Source: Mobula hypostoma
Taxonomy: Eukaryota
Assembly (NCBI RefSeq): GCF_963921235.1
Contig: NC_086106.1
Location: forward strand, 33,418,001-33,482,000
Reading direction: 5' to 3'
Length of the DNA: 64,000 bases
Every line of letters starts with the position of its first letter. The first letter of the stretch is position 1. The notes under the pieces were generated by a model. It saw only the letters and a list, made by a program, of their open reading frames with translations, ran no database searches and had not been told where the DNA came from. Below, in pieces: positions 40,056 to 53,889 of this stretch. The translations under genes were made by a program, and so were the position numbers.

Positions 40056-40464
40056 AGTTTTAAAATTCTTGTCTCTCTTCTCAACTTTCTTTCCAATCTT
40101 ACCCTTCCTGTCTCTGTGACTCTGTCAATCTCTAAACCACGTTCAGTTCCCCAATAATCTCCCACTGATCATCCCCATATTTTGTCATGTGACAATTAGC
40201 TTTTAAATGTCGAGCTCCTCGAATTCCTTCAGAAAGCCTTGTGCTTTCTTAACGTGACCGCTATCTTAAAAAAAAACTACCCCATTGCTCTAGCTTGTGT
40301 AAATATCTGCTAATGAGTTTCAGTATAAATTGATTCCGATCCTGAATAGCACACTGAACGTAAACATGGACGCAGAACTGTGCAGCCCCTGGTACAAACG
40401 TTGTGCCGACCTATATAAATCTACAGCACTATCGATCCCATAACCCTTCACTTACTCAAGTGGA

Positions 40465-41914
40465 CAGTAGATTCCGCTTAATTAGGACACATCGGGACCA
40501 GTACAGTTTGGCCCAATTGAGTGGCTGCCCCAATTAGGGGAAGTTTCATGGAAATATTTTAAAACATTAAAAAAGGCAAACTATGGTTTAAATGAGTAGC
40601 AAATAATTTAAATGAAATACATAACAAATTAGAGCACTACGAATACTATTATAGTACTATAAAAGTTTAGTTCGTAGGATTTATAATTGTAGGAATTCAT
40701 CCACAGTGTAGGCTGCCCTGTTCTTTTTATTGACTGAACATTTCAGCGCAGGCACCTTAATACAATGCACTCAAAACATTCGAGATAATTGTCGAAACCT
40801 TCAAATTCTTCGCATTTTGAAGGGGAGGGGAGGAGAAGATAGCGGCGCGACGCAGTGCGCGCGGCCGCTCCGAATTGATATCGTATTTGTTAAATAGGGG
40901 CCGTGCACAATCCTGATTTGATGGAGACGGACGTGAGAAGCACGGAGGAACGTCTGGAGAAACTTCTGAAATGCCTGCTTCGCTGCCGCTGCTACTGTGC
41001 GATCGAGAATCTCCAGAGGGGAAGGTCCCAAATCCTCGGCTTTGCCTATTGCCTGTTGGTGGGGCCGGGATCGAAGCACTCCGCAGAGTTAGTGCTCGGT
41101 GCTCGGTGTTGGAGGGCTGGTTGGAGGCTCAAAGTTTTCGGACGGACTCAGATTCGGACTGCGGTCGGGTGCTTCCAGGATGCTGCATCGGCAAGTTTGC
41201 GTCACTGGAAGCTCATGGCAGGGAGAGTTTCTCCCTTCAACCGTCTGCGTGAGATAATGGGACATTCGAGGGACTTTGATACTTTTTTTTTACCGCGCCC
41301 ATGGTCTGTTCTTCATCAAATTACGGTATTGCTTTGCACTGTTGTAACTATATGTTATAATTATGTGGTTTTTGTCAGTTTTATTTAGTCTTGGTTTGTC
41401 TTGTGTTTCTGTGATATCATTCTGGAGAAACAAATTGTATCATTTCTTAATGCATGCATTACTAAATGACAATAAAGAGGACTGCGTGTCTTCATAATCT
41501 AATAAATCTAATTTTCTAATTGTTGGTGTTGTCAAATTGTTACATTTTCACTCCCGGCCCTCTCCACGGCTGAATATTTGAAACCGCAGTGAGCAAAGCA
41601 TTTCCGAATTGTTTTCCTGCTTACTTCTGAGCAGCTAACAGTGACAAAAACACTGCTTCATGGACACAAACACACACAACAGACGCTAATAAAAATTGTT
41701 CGGTCTAAACACAATGTTCGCCACACAAGTGTACGCGACTGACCCTAGTTAGAAACTTTGGCAGCAATCTTGTGTCTCAGTGAACTTGGGTAGTGTGCTA
41801 AATAAATGAAGGGAATCCCGGCTGCTGTTTTCGAACAGCTTTTGTCCCTTCAGAATTGTCCCAAATAAGCTGCTGCCCCGATTAAGCAATGGCCCATTTA
41901 ACCATAATCCACCG
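40465..41914. mobile_element. Tigger/pogo-like MITE with a nested insertion
   Basis: Imperfect TIRs CAGTAGATTCCGCTTAATTAGG (40465) and CCATTTAACCATAATCCACCG followed by TA (41914). Confidence 0.55.
40822..41511 (+). mobile_element. Non-autonomous GC-rich retroposon with a Rex-like AT-rich 3' end
   Basis: CpG-rich 5' part; ends in aataaagaggactgcgtgtcttcataatctaat; interrupts the MITE. Confidence 0.55.
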
Positions 41915-41959
41915 TATGTGCCTATCTGGGAGTCTCTAAATGTTCCTCCTGACCACCAT

Positions 41960-42880
41960 CGCAGGCAGAGCTTTCCAGGCACCCATCACTCTCAAAGCAA
42001 ACACAAAAAAAAATCTCTGGCATCTCCCCGAATCTTTACTCTACTCTGCTTCAACGTATGTCCTCTAGTACTGGCCATTGCCTCACTGAGAAATGGGGCT
42101 CTCTATGCTTCTCGTAACCGGAAACGCTTCTCATCCACCTTCGCTCCAAAGAGGAAAGCCCTATATCCCACATGCATGCTCTCCAATCCAGGCTGGATTC
42201 TGTTAAATTTCCTCTGCACCCTCTCTAAAGCTTCCACATCCTTCCGATACTGAAGTAAGCAGAACTAAACTTGCTTTATTATAGAAAAGACGTGGAAGCT
42301 TTAAATGTGGTGTAACCAGAGTTTAATAGAGATCCAACCTTACCTCACAGCTCCTGAAAAAAATCCTCAGTCCAAAGTCCATCTGCCATTTTTCCACCCA
42401 GCTATGCATTCTGCCTGTATCTCGTTGTTGCCTACGACAACCTTTTGCACTAATCACAATACCGCCAATGTTTGTGTCATCTGCAAACTTACTAACGCAC
42501 CCTGCCGCTTCCTCACCCGTCTCCTTTGCAAACATACTAACTCACCGTTCCTCCTCCACACCCATCTCCTTGGCAAATGTACTAACTCACCCTTCCACTT
42601 CCTCATCTATATTAAAAAAACACAAAAAGTAGGTGTTACAGAACAATCCCTGCGGAACACCACTCGTCACCAACCTCCAGGAAGAATACCCTCTATGTTC
42701 CACCACGCTCTGACTTCTACCGGAAAGCTAATTCTATTCTGTGCAGCTAAGTGTCCATGGATCCCACGCCCCACGTCTGTCTGGAAAAGCCTGCGTTGAA
42801 GAATCTTATCAAATACATTTCTAAAATCCAAATACAACACATGCACTTCTCTACCTTCATCATTTTTGTCATAACCTTCA
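41960..42880 (-). mobile_element. Old CR1 RT and 3' fragment
   Basis: CVSKFADDTNIGG...QQRDTGRMHSWVEKWQMDF; SGVPQG-like sequence at 42640-42670. Confidence 0.75.
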
Positions 42881-44559
42881 AACCTTCTGAGGCGCGGTTT
42901 GGCCCTCAGAAAACCATCAAGGTTTCGTAACTAAAATTCCACCACAACCTGTTGTGACCGAAAGAATGAACCATTGCACGAACTTTTTAAACTTCACTTC
43001 ATTCGCTCATGTTATGATTTTGTGACAGAAATTATTTTAACCCTGACTTTCATACGACAGTATTTGGCAATAGCGTCGATGAAAAAGCAATCATTTTGAT
43101 GAATGTCTTCAAATATCAAATAGCATATTCCGAAGCGCATCGCGACAGCAATTTACAAATGCCGCCCGTTCACTTTAATTTAAATATAGTTAAGTTTTAT
43201 TAAAACATTTGTTTGGAAAGTTACTGATTACATTTTGTCGACAACGATATGCAAACAGCTTGATTAAAATTATTAACATAGGATTAAGGTAGAATATTTA
43301 ATTAATTTGTAATAGTCATAATTAAAATTAACTACACCGGTTTAATAATTTTCATTTTTTTGGCAACACGGCAAAATCTCTAAAAGATTATTTGATTGAT
43401 CGTCAGCCTCAAAAGACGTTGCTTGTCTGAATTGAATCTTTACCTAATTTCCTTTACTCAACATGCGGATTTAATTAGCATTGTGGTTCGGTTTTATCAA
43501 TAGTCAGAGTAGCATTGAAATGGATACAGTATTTTTAAAAAGTATTCGTAGGCATATGAATTTTAGACCGGAATTTTCAGTGGTTAAAAAAGCAGTCAAT
43601 TGGCATTTTACGGAAATCTCTTTGTTGACATTCTGACAATAATATGTCACAAGTAAGAAACAAATAGTATCAGTCAAAACTGCGATAAGCATATAATCTG
43701 TTGATGAGATCTTGTAATTTCCCTGTGATTTTATGGTGTCGAGTGATTCAAAGCAACTTCTGCCTTGACGGCCAGTAATATCAGATTTTGGCTTCTCCTG
43801 GATTCCTGTGAGGATTGAAGATTCTGATCCTGACCCCCGTTGCTTTGGCGAGAGTATGTGCGCTCTATCACCTACTCTGATTGTTACACATCAAGGGCAC
43901 ACGCAGTGTCTCCTTTCACGGATAATTGATCAATCTCAAGGCAGTCTTATTTCCGATAAAAATGCGGAAAATTTCAAAAACAAATTGGACTACCGGTGTA
44001 AATCAAGAACCGAGTAATGCATATATTTACAGCTACATTGTTCTTCCAATGTGAGTTGTCACGTACCTTCCGAGCTCCAGTAATACAATTTTCTGCCCCG
44101 AGTGCCCACAATTCTGGCCACTCCGTGATTGCTGATTGCGATAGAAAGTCAACAGGGCAGGTTTTGTTTATGGCCGAGAACGTGGCAGGATTCTTTCAAT
44201 TGCCATTCTCTCTGATAGTGTAATTATATGCGTACGAATACGTGCATTACGGATCGTGACAGGTGTATACCTTGGCCGTAACATTTGTTTGAAAATTCAG
44301 TGATCTCGGTCTTCCATCATGTAATATCGAGAACCAAAAAAGATGTTGCCTATTTACCATCAAACGTTTACGCACTACAAAAGCAAGCGTACATCTCGTG
44401 TATTTATTCTAAAGGTTTGTAGAATATAATCTGTATTCTATTTACATTAATATTCCATGTTTTCTGCAATGAACAACTTCTTCACAATCCTGCGGTATTT
44501 AGTACTCCTGTAGGAAAAAGAAAAGCTGGTTCTACTTTGGAGCACAGCATATTCATTTG

Positions 44560-44900
44560 GTTGCAACGCACACAAAATACTGGCAGAACTCAGTAGGCCA
44601 GTAAACATCTATGGAAAAGAGTGAACTGTCGATGTTTCGGGCTAAGACCATTTATTAGGACTGGAAAGGAAGGGGAGAAGTTAGAATAAGAGGCTGAGAA
44701 GAGGGGAAGAAGAAGTCCAAAATGGCTGGTGATAGGAGACACGGGGACGGGGAAGGGTTCGAGTAAAGAACTGGGAAGTTGATTGGTGAAAGAGATCAAG
44801 GGCTGAAGAAGGGGAAATCTGATAGGAGAGGACAGAATGCCGTGGAAGAAAGGGAAAGTGGTTGGAGCACTAGAGGGAACTGATTAGCAGGTAACTGTTC
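44560..44900 (-). mobile_element. Penelope-like pLTR fragment
   Basis: Reverse complement of the pLTR block seen at 7260-7550 and 15610-15960. Confidence 0.6.
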
Positions 44901-45427
44901 ATTTGTTTGTTTTATTTGAGCTCTTGAATATAAATTATGTGATTGGGCACCATCCCATGTATTAGCGCCAGGAAAGATTTGGAAATTATTCGGAACTGCA
45001 GACACACAGCATATGGAATACCTACTCTCGTGGCAAAGTATGAATAAACATAAACAGAAGTAGTAATCAGTATGTTCCTTTGTAGACTGCCAGTCTGAGA
45101 GAATCACTTAAATGGAACAATGCAATTGCTTCAAAATCCAATAGATCTCCTTTAAGGTTTGTTATTGGCGCAATTTCTTTATAATACGTCTACGTGGTTT
45201 GCTAGTTATAATCACGCATCCCCCAACCTGAGTTTTCTTTTATCAAGGTAGATAACTGATTAAACTGCTGGACACAGAGAATTATACTTTGCTTAATTCA
45301 ATAACCTTTTCTTAGTGCAGAACCTTGAGTATAAACGTTGTTTCGAAATGCAGACAATTGAGAAGATACGAAGAGTCAATTCAAAACAACTCCTAAGTTT
45401 TCCTTTGTCATTGAATATGGATAGTAG

Positions 45428-48400
45428 GAAACATAGAAACATAGACACATAGAAAATAGGTGCAGGAGTAGGCCATTCGGCCCTTCGAGCCTGCACCACC
45501 ATTCAGTATGATCATGGCTGATCATCCAACTCAGAACCCTGCATCAGCCTTCCCTCCATACCCACTGATCCCTTTAGCCACAAGGGCCATATCTAACTCC
45601 CTCTTAAATATAGCCAATAAACTGGCCTCAACTGTTTCCTGTGGCAGAGAATTCCACAGATTCACCACTCTCTGTGTGAAGAAGTTTTTCCTAATCTCGG
45701 TCCTAAAAGGCTTCCCCTTTATCCTCAAACTGTGACCCCTCGTTCCGGACTTCCCCAACATCGGGAACAATCTTCCTGCATCTAGTCTGTCCAATCCCTT
45801 TAGAATTTTATACGTTTCAATCAGATCCCCCCTCAATCTTCTAAATTCCAACGAGTATCAGCCTAGTTCATCCAGTCTTTCATCATATGAAAGTCCTGCC
45901 ATCCCAGGAATCAATATGGTGAACCTTCTTTGTACTCCCTCTATGGCAAGGATGTATTTCCTCGGATTAGGGGACCAAAACTGCACACAATACTCCAGGT
46001 GTGGTCTCACCAAGGCCTTGTACAACTGCAGTAGTACCTCCCTGCTCCTGTACTCGAATCCTTTCACTATAAATGCCAGCATACCATTCGCCTTTTTCAC
46101 CACCTGCTGTACCTGCATGCCCACTTTCAATGACTGGTGTATAATGACACCCAGGTCTCGTTGCACCTCCCCTTTTCCTAATCGGCCACCGTTCAGATGA
46201 TAATCTGTTTTCCTGTTTTTGCCACCAAAGTGGATAACTTCACATTTATCCACATTAAATTGCATCTGCCATGAATTTGCCCACTCACCCAACCTATCCA
46301 AGTCACCTGCATCCTCTTAGCATCCCCCTCACAGCCAACACTGCCGCCCAGCTTCGTGTCATCCGCAAACTTGGAGATGCTGCATTTAATTCCCTCATCC
46401 AAGTCATTAATATATATTGTAAACAACTGGGGTCCCAGCACTGAGCCTTGCGGTACCCCACTAGTCACTGCCTGCCATTCTGAAAAGGTCCTGTTTATTC
46501 CCATTCTTTGCTTCCTGTCTGCCAACCAATTCTCTATCCACATCAATACCTTACCCCCAATACTGTGTGCTTTAAGTTTGCACACTAATCTCCTGTGTGG
46601 TACCTTGTCAAAAGCCTTTTGAAAATCCAAATATACCACATCCACTGGTTCTCCCCTATCCACTCTACTAGTTACATCCTCAAAAAATTCTATAAGATTC
46701 GTCAGACATGATTTTCCTTTCACAAATCCATGCTGACTTTGTCCGAAGATTTCACCGCTTTCCAAATGTACTGTTATCACATCTTTGATAACTGACTCTA
46801 GCAGTTTCCCCAGCACCGATGTTAGGCTAACCGGTCTATAATTCCCTGGTGTCTCTCTCCCTCCTTTTTTAAAAAGTGGGGTTACATTAGCCACCCCCCA
46901 ATCCTCAGGAACTAGTCCAGAATCTAAAGAGTTTTGAAAAATTATCACTAATGCATCCACTATTTCTTGGGCTTCTTCCTTAAGCACTCTGGGATGCAGA
47001 CCATCTGGCCCTGGGGATTTATCTGCCTTTAATCCCTTCAATTTACCTAACACCACTTCCCTACTAACATGTATTTCGCTCAGTTCCTCCATCTCACTGG
47101 ACCCTCTGTCCCCTACTATTTCCGGAAGATTATTTATGTCCTCCTTAGTGAAGACAGAACAAAAGTAATTATTCAATTGGTCTGCTATGTCCTTGCTCCC
47201 CATAATCAATTCACCTGTTTCTGTCTGTAGTGGACCTACATTTGTCTTAACCAATCTTTTTCTTTTCACATATCTATAAAAGCTTTTACAGTCAGTTTTT
47301 ATGTTCCCTGCCAGTTTTCTCTCATAATCTTTTTTCCCCTTCCTAATTAAGCCTAAATAATTCCTAAATAATTTTTCAAAACTCGTTAGATTCTGGACTA
47401 GTTCCTGAGGATTGGAGGGTGGCTAACGTAACCCCACTTTTTAAGAAAGGAGGGAGAGAGAAACCGGGGAATTATAGACCGGTTAGCCTAACGTCGGTGG
47501 TGGGGAAACTGCTGGAGTCAGTTATCAAAGATGTGATAACAGCACATTTGGAAAGCGGTGAAATCATCGGACAAAGTCAGCATGGATTTGTGAAAGGAAA
47601 ATCATGTCTGACGAATCTCATAGAATTTTTTGAGGATGTAACTAGTAGAGTGGATAGGGGAGAACCAGTGGATGTGGTATATTTGGATTTTCAAAAGGCT
47701 TTTGACAAGGTCCCACACGGGAGATTAGTGTGCAAACTTAAAGAACAGGGTATTGGGGGTAAGGTATTGATGTGGATACAGAATTGGTTAGCAGACAGGA
47801 AGCAAAGAGTGGGATAAACGGGACCTTTTCAGAATGGCAGGCAGTGACTAGTGGGGTACCGCAAGGCTCAGTGCTGGGACCCCAGTTGTTTACAATATAT
47901 ATTAATGACTTGGATGAGGGAATTAAATGCAGCATCTCCAAGTTTGCGGATGACACGAAGCTGGGCAGCAATGTTAGCTGTGAGGAGGATGTTAAGAGGA
48001 TAGGTTGGGTGAGTGGGCAAATTCATGGCAGATGCAATTTAATGTGGATAAATGTGAAGTTATCCACTTTGGTGGCAAAAATAGGAAAACAGATTATTAT
48101 CTGAATGGTGGCCGATTAGGAAAAGGGGAGGTGCAACGAGACCTGGGTGTCATTATACACCAGTCATTGAAAGTGGGCATGCAGGTACAGCAGGTGGTGA
48201 AAAAGGCGAATGGTATGCTGGCATTTATAGCGAGAGGATTCGAGTACAGGAGCAGGGAGGTACTACTGCAGTTGTACAAGGCCTTGGTGAGACCACACCT
48301 GGAGTATTGTGTGCAGTTTTGGTCCCCTAATCTGAGGAAAGACATCCTTGCCATAGAGGGAGTACAAAGAAGATTCACCAGATTGATTCCTGGGATGGCA

Positions 48401-49842
48401 GGACTTTCATATGAAAAAAGACTTGATGAACTAGGCTTGTACTCGTTGGAATTTAGAAGATTGAGGGGGGATCTGATTGAAACGTATAAAATCCTAAAGG
48501 GATTGGACAGGCTAGATACAGGAAGATTGTTCCCAATGTTGGGGAAGTCCAGAACGAGGGGTCACAGTTTGAGAATAAAGGGGAAGACTTTTAAGACTGA
48601 GATTAGGAAAAACTTCTTCACACAGAGAGTGGTGAATCTGTGGAATTCTCTGCCACAGGAAACAGTTGAGGCCAGTTCATTGGCTATGTTTAAGAGGGAG
48701 TTAGATATGGCCCTTGTGGTTGCGGGGATCAGGGGGTATGGAGGGAAGGCTAGTGCAGTGTTCTGAGTTGGATGATCAGCCATGATCATAATAAATGGCG
48801 GTGCAGGCTCGAAGGGCAGAATGGCCTACTCCTGCACCTATTTTCTATGTTTCTATGTTTCTAAGCCCTTTGTCCTCCTCTGCTGAACTCTGAATTTCTC
48901 CCAGTCCTCAGGTGAGCCACTTGTCTGGCTAATTTGTATGCTTCTTCTTTGGAATTGATACTATCCCTATTTTCCCTTGTCAGCCACGGGTGCACTACCT
49001 TCCTTGATTTATTTTTTTGCCAAATTGGGATGAACAATTGTTGTAGTTCATCCATGCGATCTTTAAATGCTTTCCATTGCATATCCTCCGTCAACCCTTT
49101 AAGTGTCATTTGCCAGTCTATCTTAGCTAATTCATGTCTCTTACCTTCAAAGTTATCCTTCTTTAAGTTCAGAACCTTTGTTTCTGAATTAACTATGTCA
49201 CTCTCCATCTTAATGAAGAATTCCACCATATTATGGTCACTCTTACCCAAGGGGCCTCTCACGACAAGATTGCTAATTAACCCTTCCTCATTGCTCAATA
49301 CCCAGTCTGGAATAGCCTGCTCGCTTGTTGCTTCCTCGACATGTTGGTTCAAAAAACCATCCCGCATACATTCCAAGAAATCCTCTTCCTCAGCACCCTT
49401 ACCAATTTGGTTCACCCAATCTACATGTAGATTGAAGTCACCCATTATAACTGCTGTTCCTTTATTGCACGCATTTCTAATTTCCTGTTTAATACCATCC
49501 CCAACCTCACTGCAACTGTTAGGTGGCCTGTACACAACTCCCACCAGCGTTTTCTGCCCCCTAGTGTTATGCAGCTCTACCCATATCGATTCCACCTCTT
49601 CCCGGCTTATGTCCTTCCTTTCTATTGCATTAATCTCCTCTCTACCCAGCAACCCCACCCCACCTCCTTTACTTTCCTGTCTAACCCTCCTGAATATTGG
49701 ATATCCCTGAATGTTGAGCTCCCAGCCTTGGTCACCCTGGAGACATGTCTCTGTGATCCCAACTATATCATATTCGTTAATAACAATCTGCACTTTTAAT
49801 TCATCCATCTTGTTACGAATGCTCCTTGCATTGACACACAAG
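45428..49842 (-). mobile_element. Young CR1 LINE (copy 2) with near-complete ORF2, split by an inverted CR1 insertion
   Basis: Endonuclease ORF 48861-49907 (LCVNARSIRNKMDEL...VGITET...MGDFN), RT ORF 46193-47269, tail at 45428. The sequence is collinear across the 47354-48861 insertion. Confidence 0.95.
47354..48861 (+). mobile_element. Young 5'-truncated CR1 (copy 3), inserted antiparallel into copy 2
   Basis: 6-bp TSD TAAGCC at 47348-47353 and 48862-48867; RT ORFs 47419-47817 and 48005-48766; (CTATGTTT)n tail. Confidence 0.95.
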
Positions 49843-50169
49843 AGGGCGTCGCTCACAAGGTCAAAGTAAACTGATAGTTTTGTTGAAGTATGAAATTGGA
49901 ATACCAAATTGCAAGGTCATTTAATTCTTTCACATTTGTGGTAGATTCCAATCTTTCACTGCTGGACAATTATTTCATCCCAGTTTATTTTACATTATTC
50001 AGAGGAATACATTTTCAATTTCATTGCTTTGTAATTGTTCTGTGAAATTCCAACCAAAACCAGCCACTGACACAGCAGAAATCAGAAACAAGCTGATAGG
50101 ATAAAGAGAAACAGAACTATAAATTCACACACACAGTATCAAGGCTATTATAAATGTAGCAGTCTGATG

Positions 50170-50310
50170 TTATCTACACAAGAGATTCTGCAGACACTGA
50201 AAATTCAGAGCAACATGCAAAATGCTGGAGGAGCTCAGCAGGTCAGGCAGCATCTATGGAGCAGAATAACGATCGACTTTACGGCCCGAGACCTTCATCA
50301 GGACAGTCAC
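50170..50310 (-). mobile_element. Penelope-like pLTR 3' piece
   Basis: Minus strand CTGATGAAGGTCTCGGGCC...ATAGATGCTGCCTGACCTGCTGAGCTCCTCCAGC. Confidence 0.65.
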
Positions 50311-52639
50311 CATTAGTTTGATGTCTTCATTTGACTTCGGGTCCATGCAAACAAAAGCTGAAATGCGTCTGCGTCAGCATTCTCTAATTTACCTGTAATG
50401 ATAGAACACGAACAGAGAATCCAGTGAACATCCGGGAGAGGCAAACAGTCAAACCGACCGAATGGATAGAAAGACTACAGTAACAAAATAAAATGTTTTA
50501 ATATTTTCCTTGTAAATTGTTTGATTTATTATCAGCTAGAGGCTACATTTTTACAGGAAAAAGATTGGTCGATGGGCTCGTTGGGTCTCTATGTTTCCAA
50601 TCAACATTTGATCCGTCACATGTCAAATGTGAAGGAGTTGGTGTATTTTACCGTTTGCTACTTAATCTGACACCTGGTGCCGCGTGGTGTAATGTCTGTG
50701 ACTGTTCATATTTTCTTTAACCCGCCTCAATGAACTAACACTCTAAATTACACTGTTTACAGCTTTACATATTACTTCCGTGAGCAAGAACCACCATCTG
50801 CGTTAAATACAAAAAATGAATTTTCCCTTGGCAGGTTTTGTACTGTTGTGTAGTTGGTCAGCACCGCTGGACGTAAAAGGAGGAATATTGCAAAACAAGG
50901 CTGTAAGTGATCAAGGTGTGTTATGGAGCACTCGGCTTCATTACACAACAGATAGATGTCGAAAAGTATAACGTGCGCCCGAAGGCACTCTTTGAATAAT
51001 GCCATATTTTTAGTCTGCATAATGAAGGACAACTTTCTTTTGCACTGAAAATACGGCAAACGTTTAGTAGTTTCTTCATTGGAATGAGTAACTTGCCTCA
51101 CGAGCAAGAATTGAAAGGTTATGTTTTGAAGCAAGTAACTCGACATTCCACGTCACCTACGAGGATCAAATGCAGATATTCTGCAAAGTGATCATCGAAC
51201 CTCAACTGATGTCTCCAGTGTGGAGGAGACAGCCCTTGGAACGTCTAATATATTGTACTAGACTATAAAAATTCTGTATTTGTCTGAAACTCTGCTGTAT
51301 CTGAATTGTATGGGCCTCTGGATAATAGCATGCAATGAAAGGACGCGATGTTACGTTCTGTAGTGGCATGAAGCAGTGTCAGACTGGTTTTGAGAAAGAA
51401 ATTATGGCGTATGGAGGCACGAAGGAGTTGATCAAAGGAAATGTATGTCTATGTCTGGAGTTTTGATGGAGCTAGTGGAAATAGTAGGCGCAATTCTTTG
51501 GATGGGGCGGTTGTGAAATTGAAGTTAAGAATCCGGCTTACTTATCTCTTGAAAAAGAAATGAAGAGGTTCAAAAGCAAAGGGAAAGATTAGAAATAGAA
51601 TACATGAAGACGAGACAAGGTGATGGGGAAATTTATAAAATGTATGAGTTCTCTGTGAACGCAGGAAGCTCCGATACCACAATCCTTACGGTACTGGAAG
51701 GCCCGTTGACGGAGTGAGGGGGGGGGTGAGGGGGGGGGTGCAAGCTGAAGCAAAGGCTGTGCCATCTTTTCCTCAAAAATACACTACAGTACATCGGTTT
51801 GATCCGAGTTCTCATGGAAATACCTTTATCACGATTAACTAAGATATGTGGAAGGATAATTATTGGTCGATGTGAAGATGATTTCAGCTAGGGAAAAAAA
51901 TTACATTGGAATCTCCCATTCAAAGAGATGGTCATTTGTTCCTACTCTTCCAAAGTGGAGCAAGAACATCCTTTATTGTCTAATTTATGGTAGTAATCAG
52001 TTTTCAAGCTAGATTGAAGCATACCGGCATTGAAAGTCCCGTGTCCTTTCAAAGAACTTCACATCCAAATTGCAATGCCTACTCAGCGGTCATTATAGAC
52101 GATGTAAGACAAAACTGCATTGACATACGCAGAACTTTGTTGCCACAGAGATGACTGGGAGCAATATACTGAGAGGGCTAAAATTTGTTTCTACCTTGAG
52201 TATAAGTTCACTGAACCTCTTCTGGACATAGAGCACAGAGCAGAGAAAAGTGCGGTACAATGCAGGTCTTTTAGCAAATTAGACTGCTCTGTCGCCTTTT
52301 AAACATACTCTAAGATTAATATAATAGTGCCTTCAACATAACACTCCATTTTACTCACATCCATGTATCTCCCTTAGAGTCTTTTAAATATTTCTAATTT
52401 ATCGGCATCTTCTACCGTAGCATGTCACAACATTGCACGCACCGAGCACCCTCTTCCTAAGAAACCTAGGTCTGATATTCTCCCTATTCTTTCCTCCAGT
52501 CAACTTAAAATATCCTCTCCTTTTACCATTGCCTCTTTGGGGAAAAAGCGTTTTGCTGTACACTCTGTCCATGCCTTTTAATATCTTTTTACACTTATAT
52601 AAACACGTCCGTGATTCCATTGTCCATTCATCACTCCCC

Positions 52640-53335
52640 ATTGATCTCCCTTCTGGCACTTGTCTCTGCAAGTGGAAGAGGTGCTACACCAGCTTACTAC
52701 CTTCTCCCGCACCACAATTTAGCGTCATAAAAACAGGCCTTCTAGGTGAGGTAACCGTTCACCTGCAACACTGCCGGAGCCATCTATTGTGTCCAGTGCT
52801 CCCACTGCGTCCATCTTTACATTAGTGAGACCCAAAGTACGACCTACGCTCCATTCAGAAAAAAAAGCAAGATTTCCAGGTGGCCACTCACTTTACTTCT
52901 GATTCTCTTCCCATTCTGACATGTCAGTTCATAGCCTCCCGTGCTGCCAATATCACGCCACCCTGAGGTTGGAGGAGAAATACATTATATTTTACCTGGG
53001 TAGCCAGCATGAACATCGATTTCTCTAAATTCCAATATCTTTCCGCTCCCTTCTTCCTACCCTTTCTCCCATTTATCTACTCATCTCTCCTATCAGATTT
53101 TTCCTTCAACCCTTTATGTTTTCCGCCTATCACTTCACAGATTTTCACTTCGTCCTCCCTTTCCAGTTACCTATCTTCCGCATAACGCAGCTTCACCTAT
53201 CCCTTTCTGCCGTGTAAACCTTCCCCTCCGCTAGCCTTCATATTCTGGCATCTTCACTCTGCCTTTTTAATTTTGATAAAGGGTCTCGACCAGAAACAAC
53301 GACTCTTTATTCCTTAACATAGATGCTGCCTGACA
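52640..53335 (+). mobile_element. Penelope-like element 3' fragment (GIY-YIG endonuclease plus pLTR)
   Basis: Degenerate LYISET...DLRSIQ...FQVATHF...LRLEEKYIIFYLGS...MNIDFS, followed by a pLTR. Confidence 0.75.
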
Positions 53336-53338
53336 TAT

Positions 53339-53862
53339 TGTCAGGATGCTGGAGCAGGGATCCAATCGCAGACCCACTACTGTGCACACAGTGATATTAA
53401 TTGAGTAACAAATCCAGAGGTGTAAACAAAGTCGGCGTCAAAGTTCAGGCAGAGATCAAAACATCCAGAGAAGTCCAAAAACCAGAATCGGGAAACAGGC
53501 AGAGTCGATATTCAGACGGACAGAGCACAGATACGAATGCTAGAAAGGCTCAGGAAAATTCACTGGCACAATTTGGCGACAAACAGGTGAAAGCACAGGT
53601 CTAAAATACACTGAGGAATCAACAGAGAGGTAGATGATAGGTGGAGCACAATGAGACAGAAGTGGCAGCAAAACAGGTAATAAAGAGAAACAGGTGAGAG
53701 GCGGAGTACACAGTAATATAGGGGCCGGAGTAGAGCAGGAGTGGGGACAGGAGCACATGAGGAATGAAAACAAACAAGAGCACATGGCAGTAAAAAACCA
53801 CAGACTGATGGCTGGGGGAAAACACACAAAAAAGACAATGTTCAATTGGATGTACTGATACA
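53339..53862. mobile_element. Solo LTR (copy B)
   Basis: TGTCAGG...ACTGATACA; reverse-complement homologue of 38454-38976; no clear TSD. Confidence 0.65.
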
Positions 53863-53889
53863 ATCTCAGATCTTCCATCATTTTGTGTG

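Noticed and set aside
40903-41388. 161-aa ORF in the GC-rich retroposon
   Set aside because: High GC lowers stop frequency; no recognisable domain.
41367-41405. GGTTTTTGT with a 23-nt spacer
   Set aside because: Heptamer is only CACAAGA and the site is in a repeat tail.
48934-49710. 258-aa plus-strand ORF
   Set aside because: Antisense shadow of the CR1 endonuclease ORF; no independent coding signal.
50772-51146. 124-aa minus-strand ORF and a nearby VTWN motif
   Set aside because: No coherent domain or splice structure.
51716-51740. Two long G runs as a G-quadruplex
   Set aside because: Only two runs, consistent with simple homopolymers.
53387-53416. CACAGTG followed by an ACAAATCC nonamer-like sequence
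   Set aside because: Spacer is 14 nt, the nonamer is poor, and it lies inside a solo LTR.
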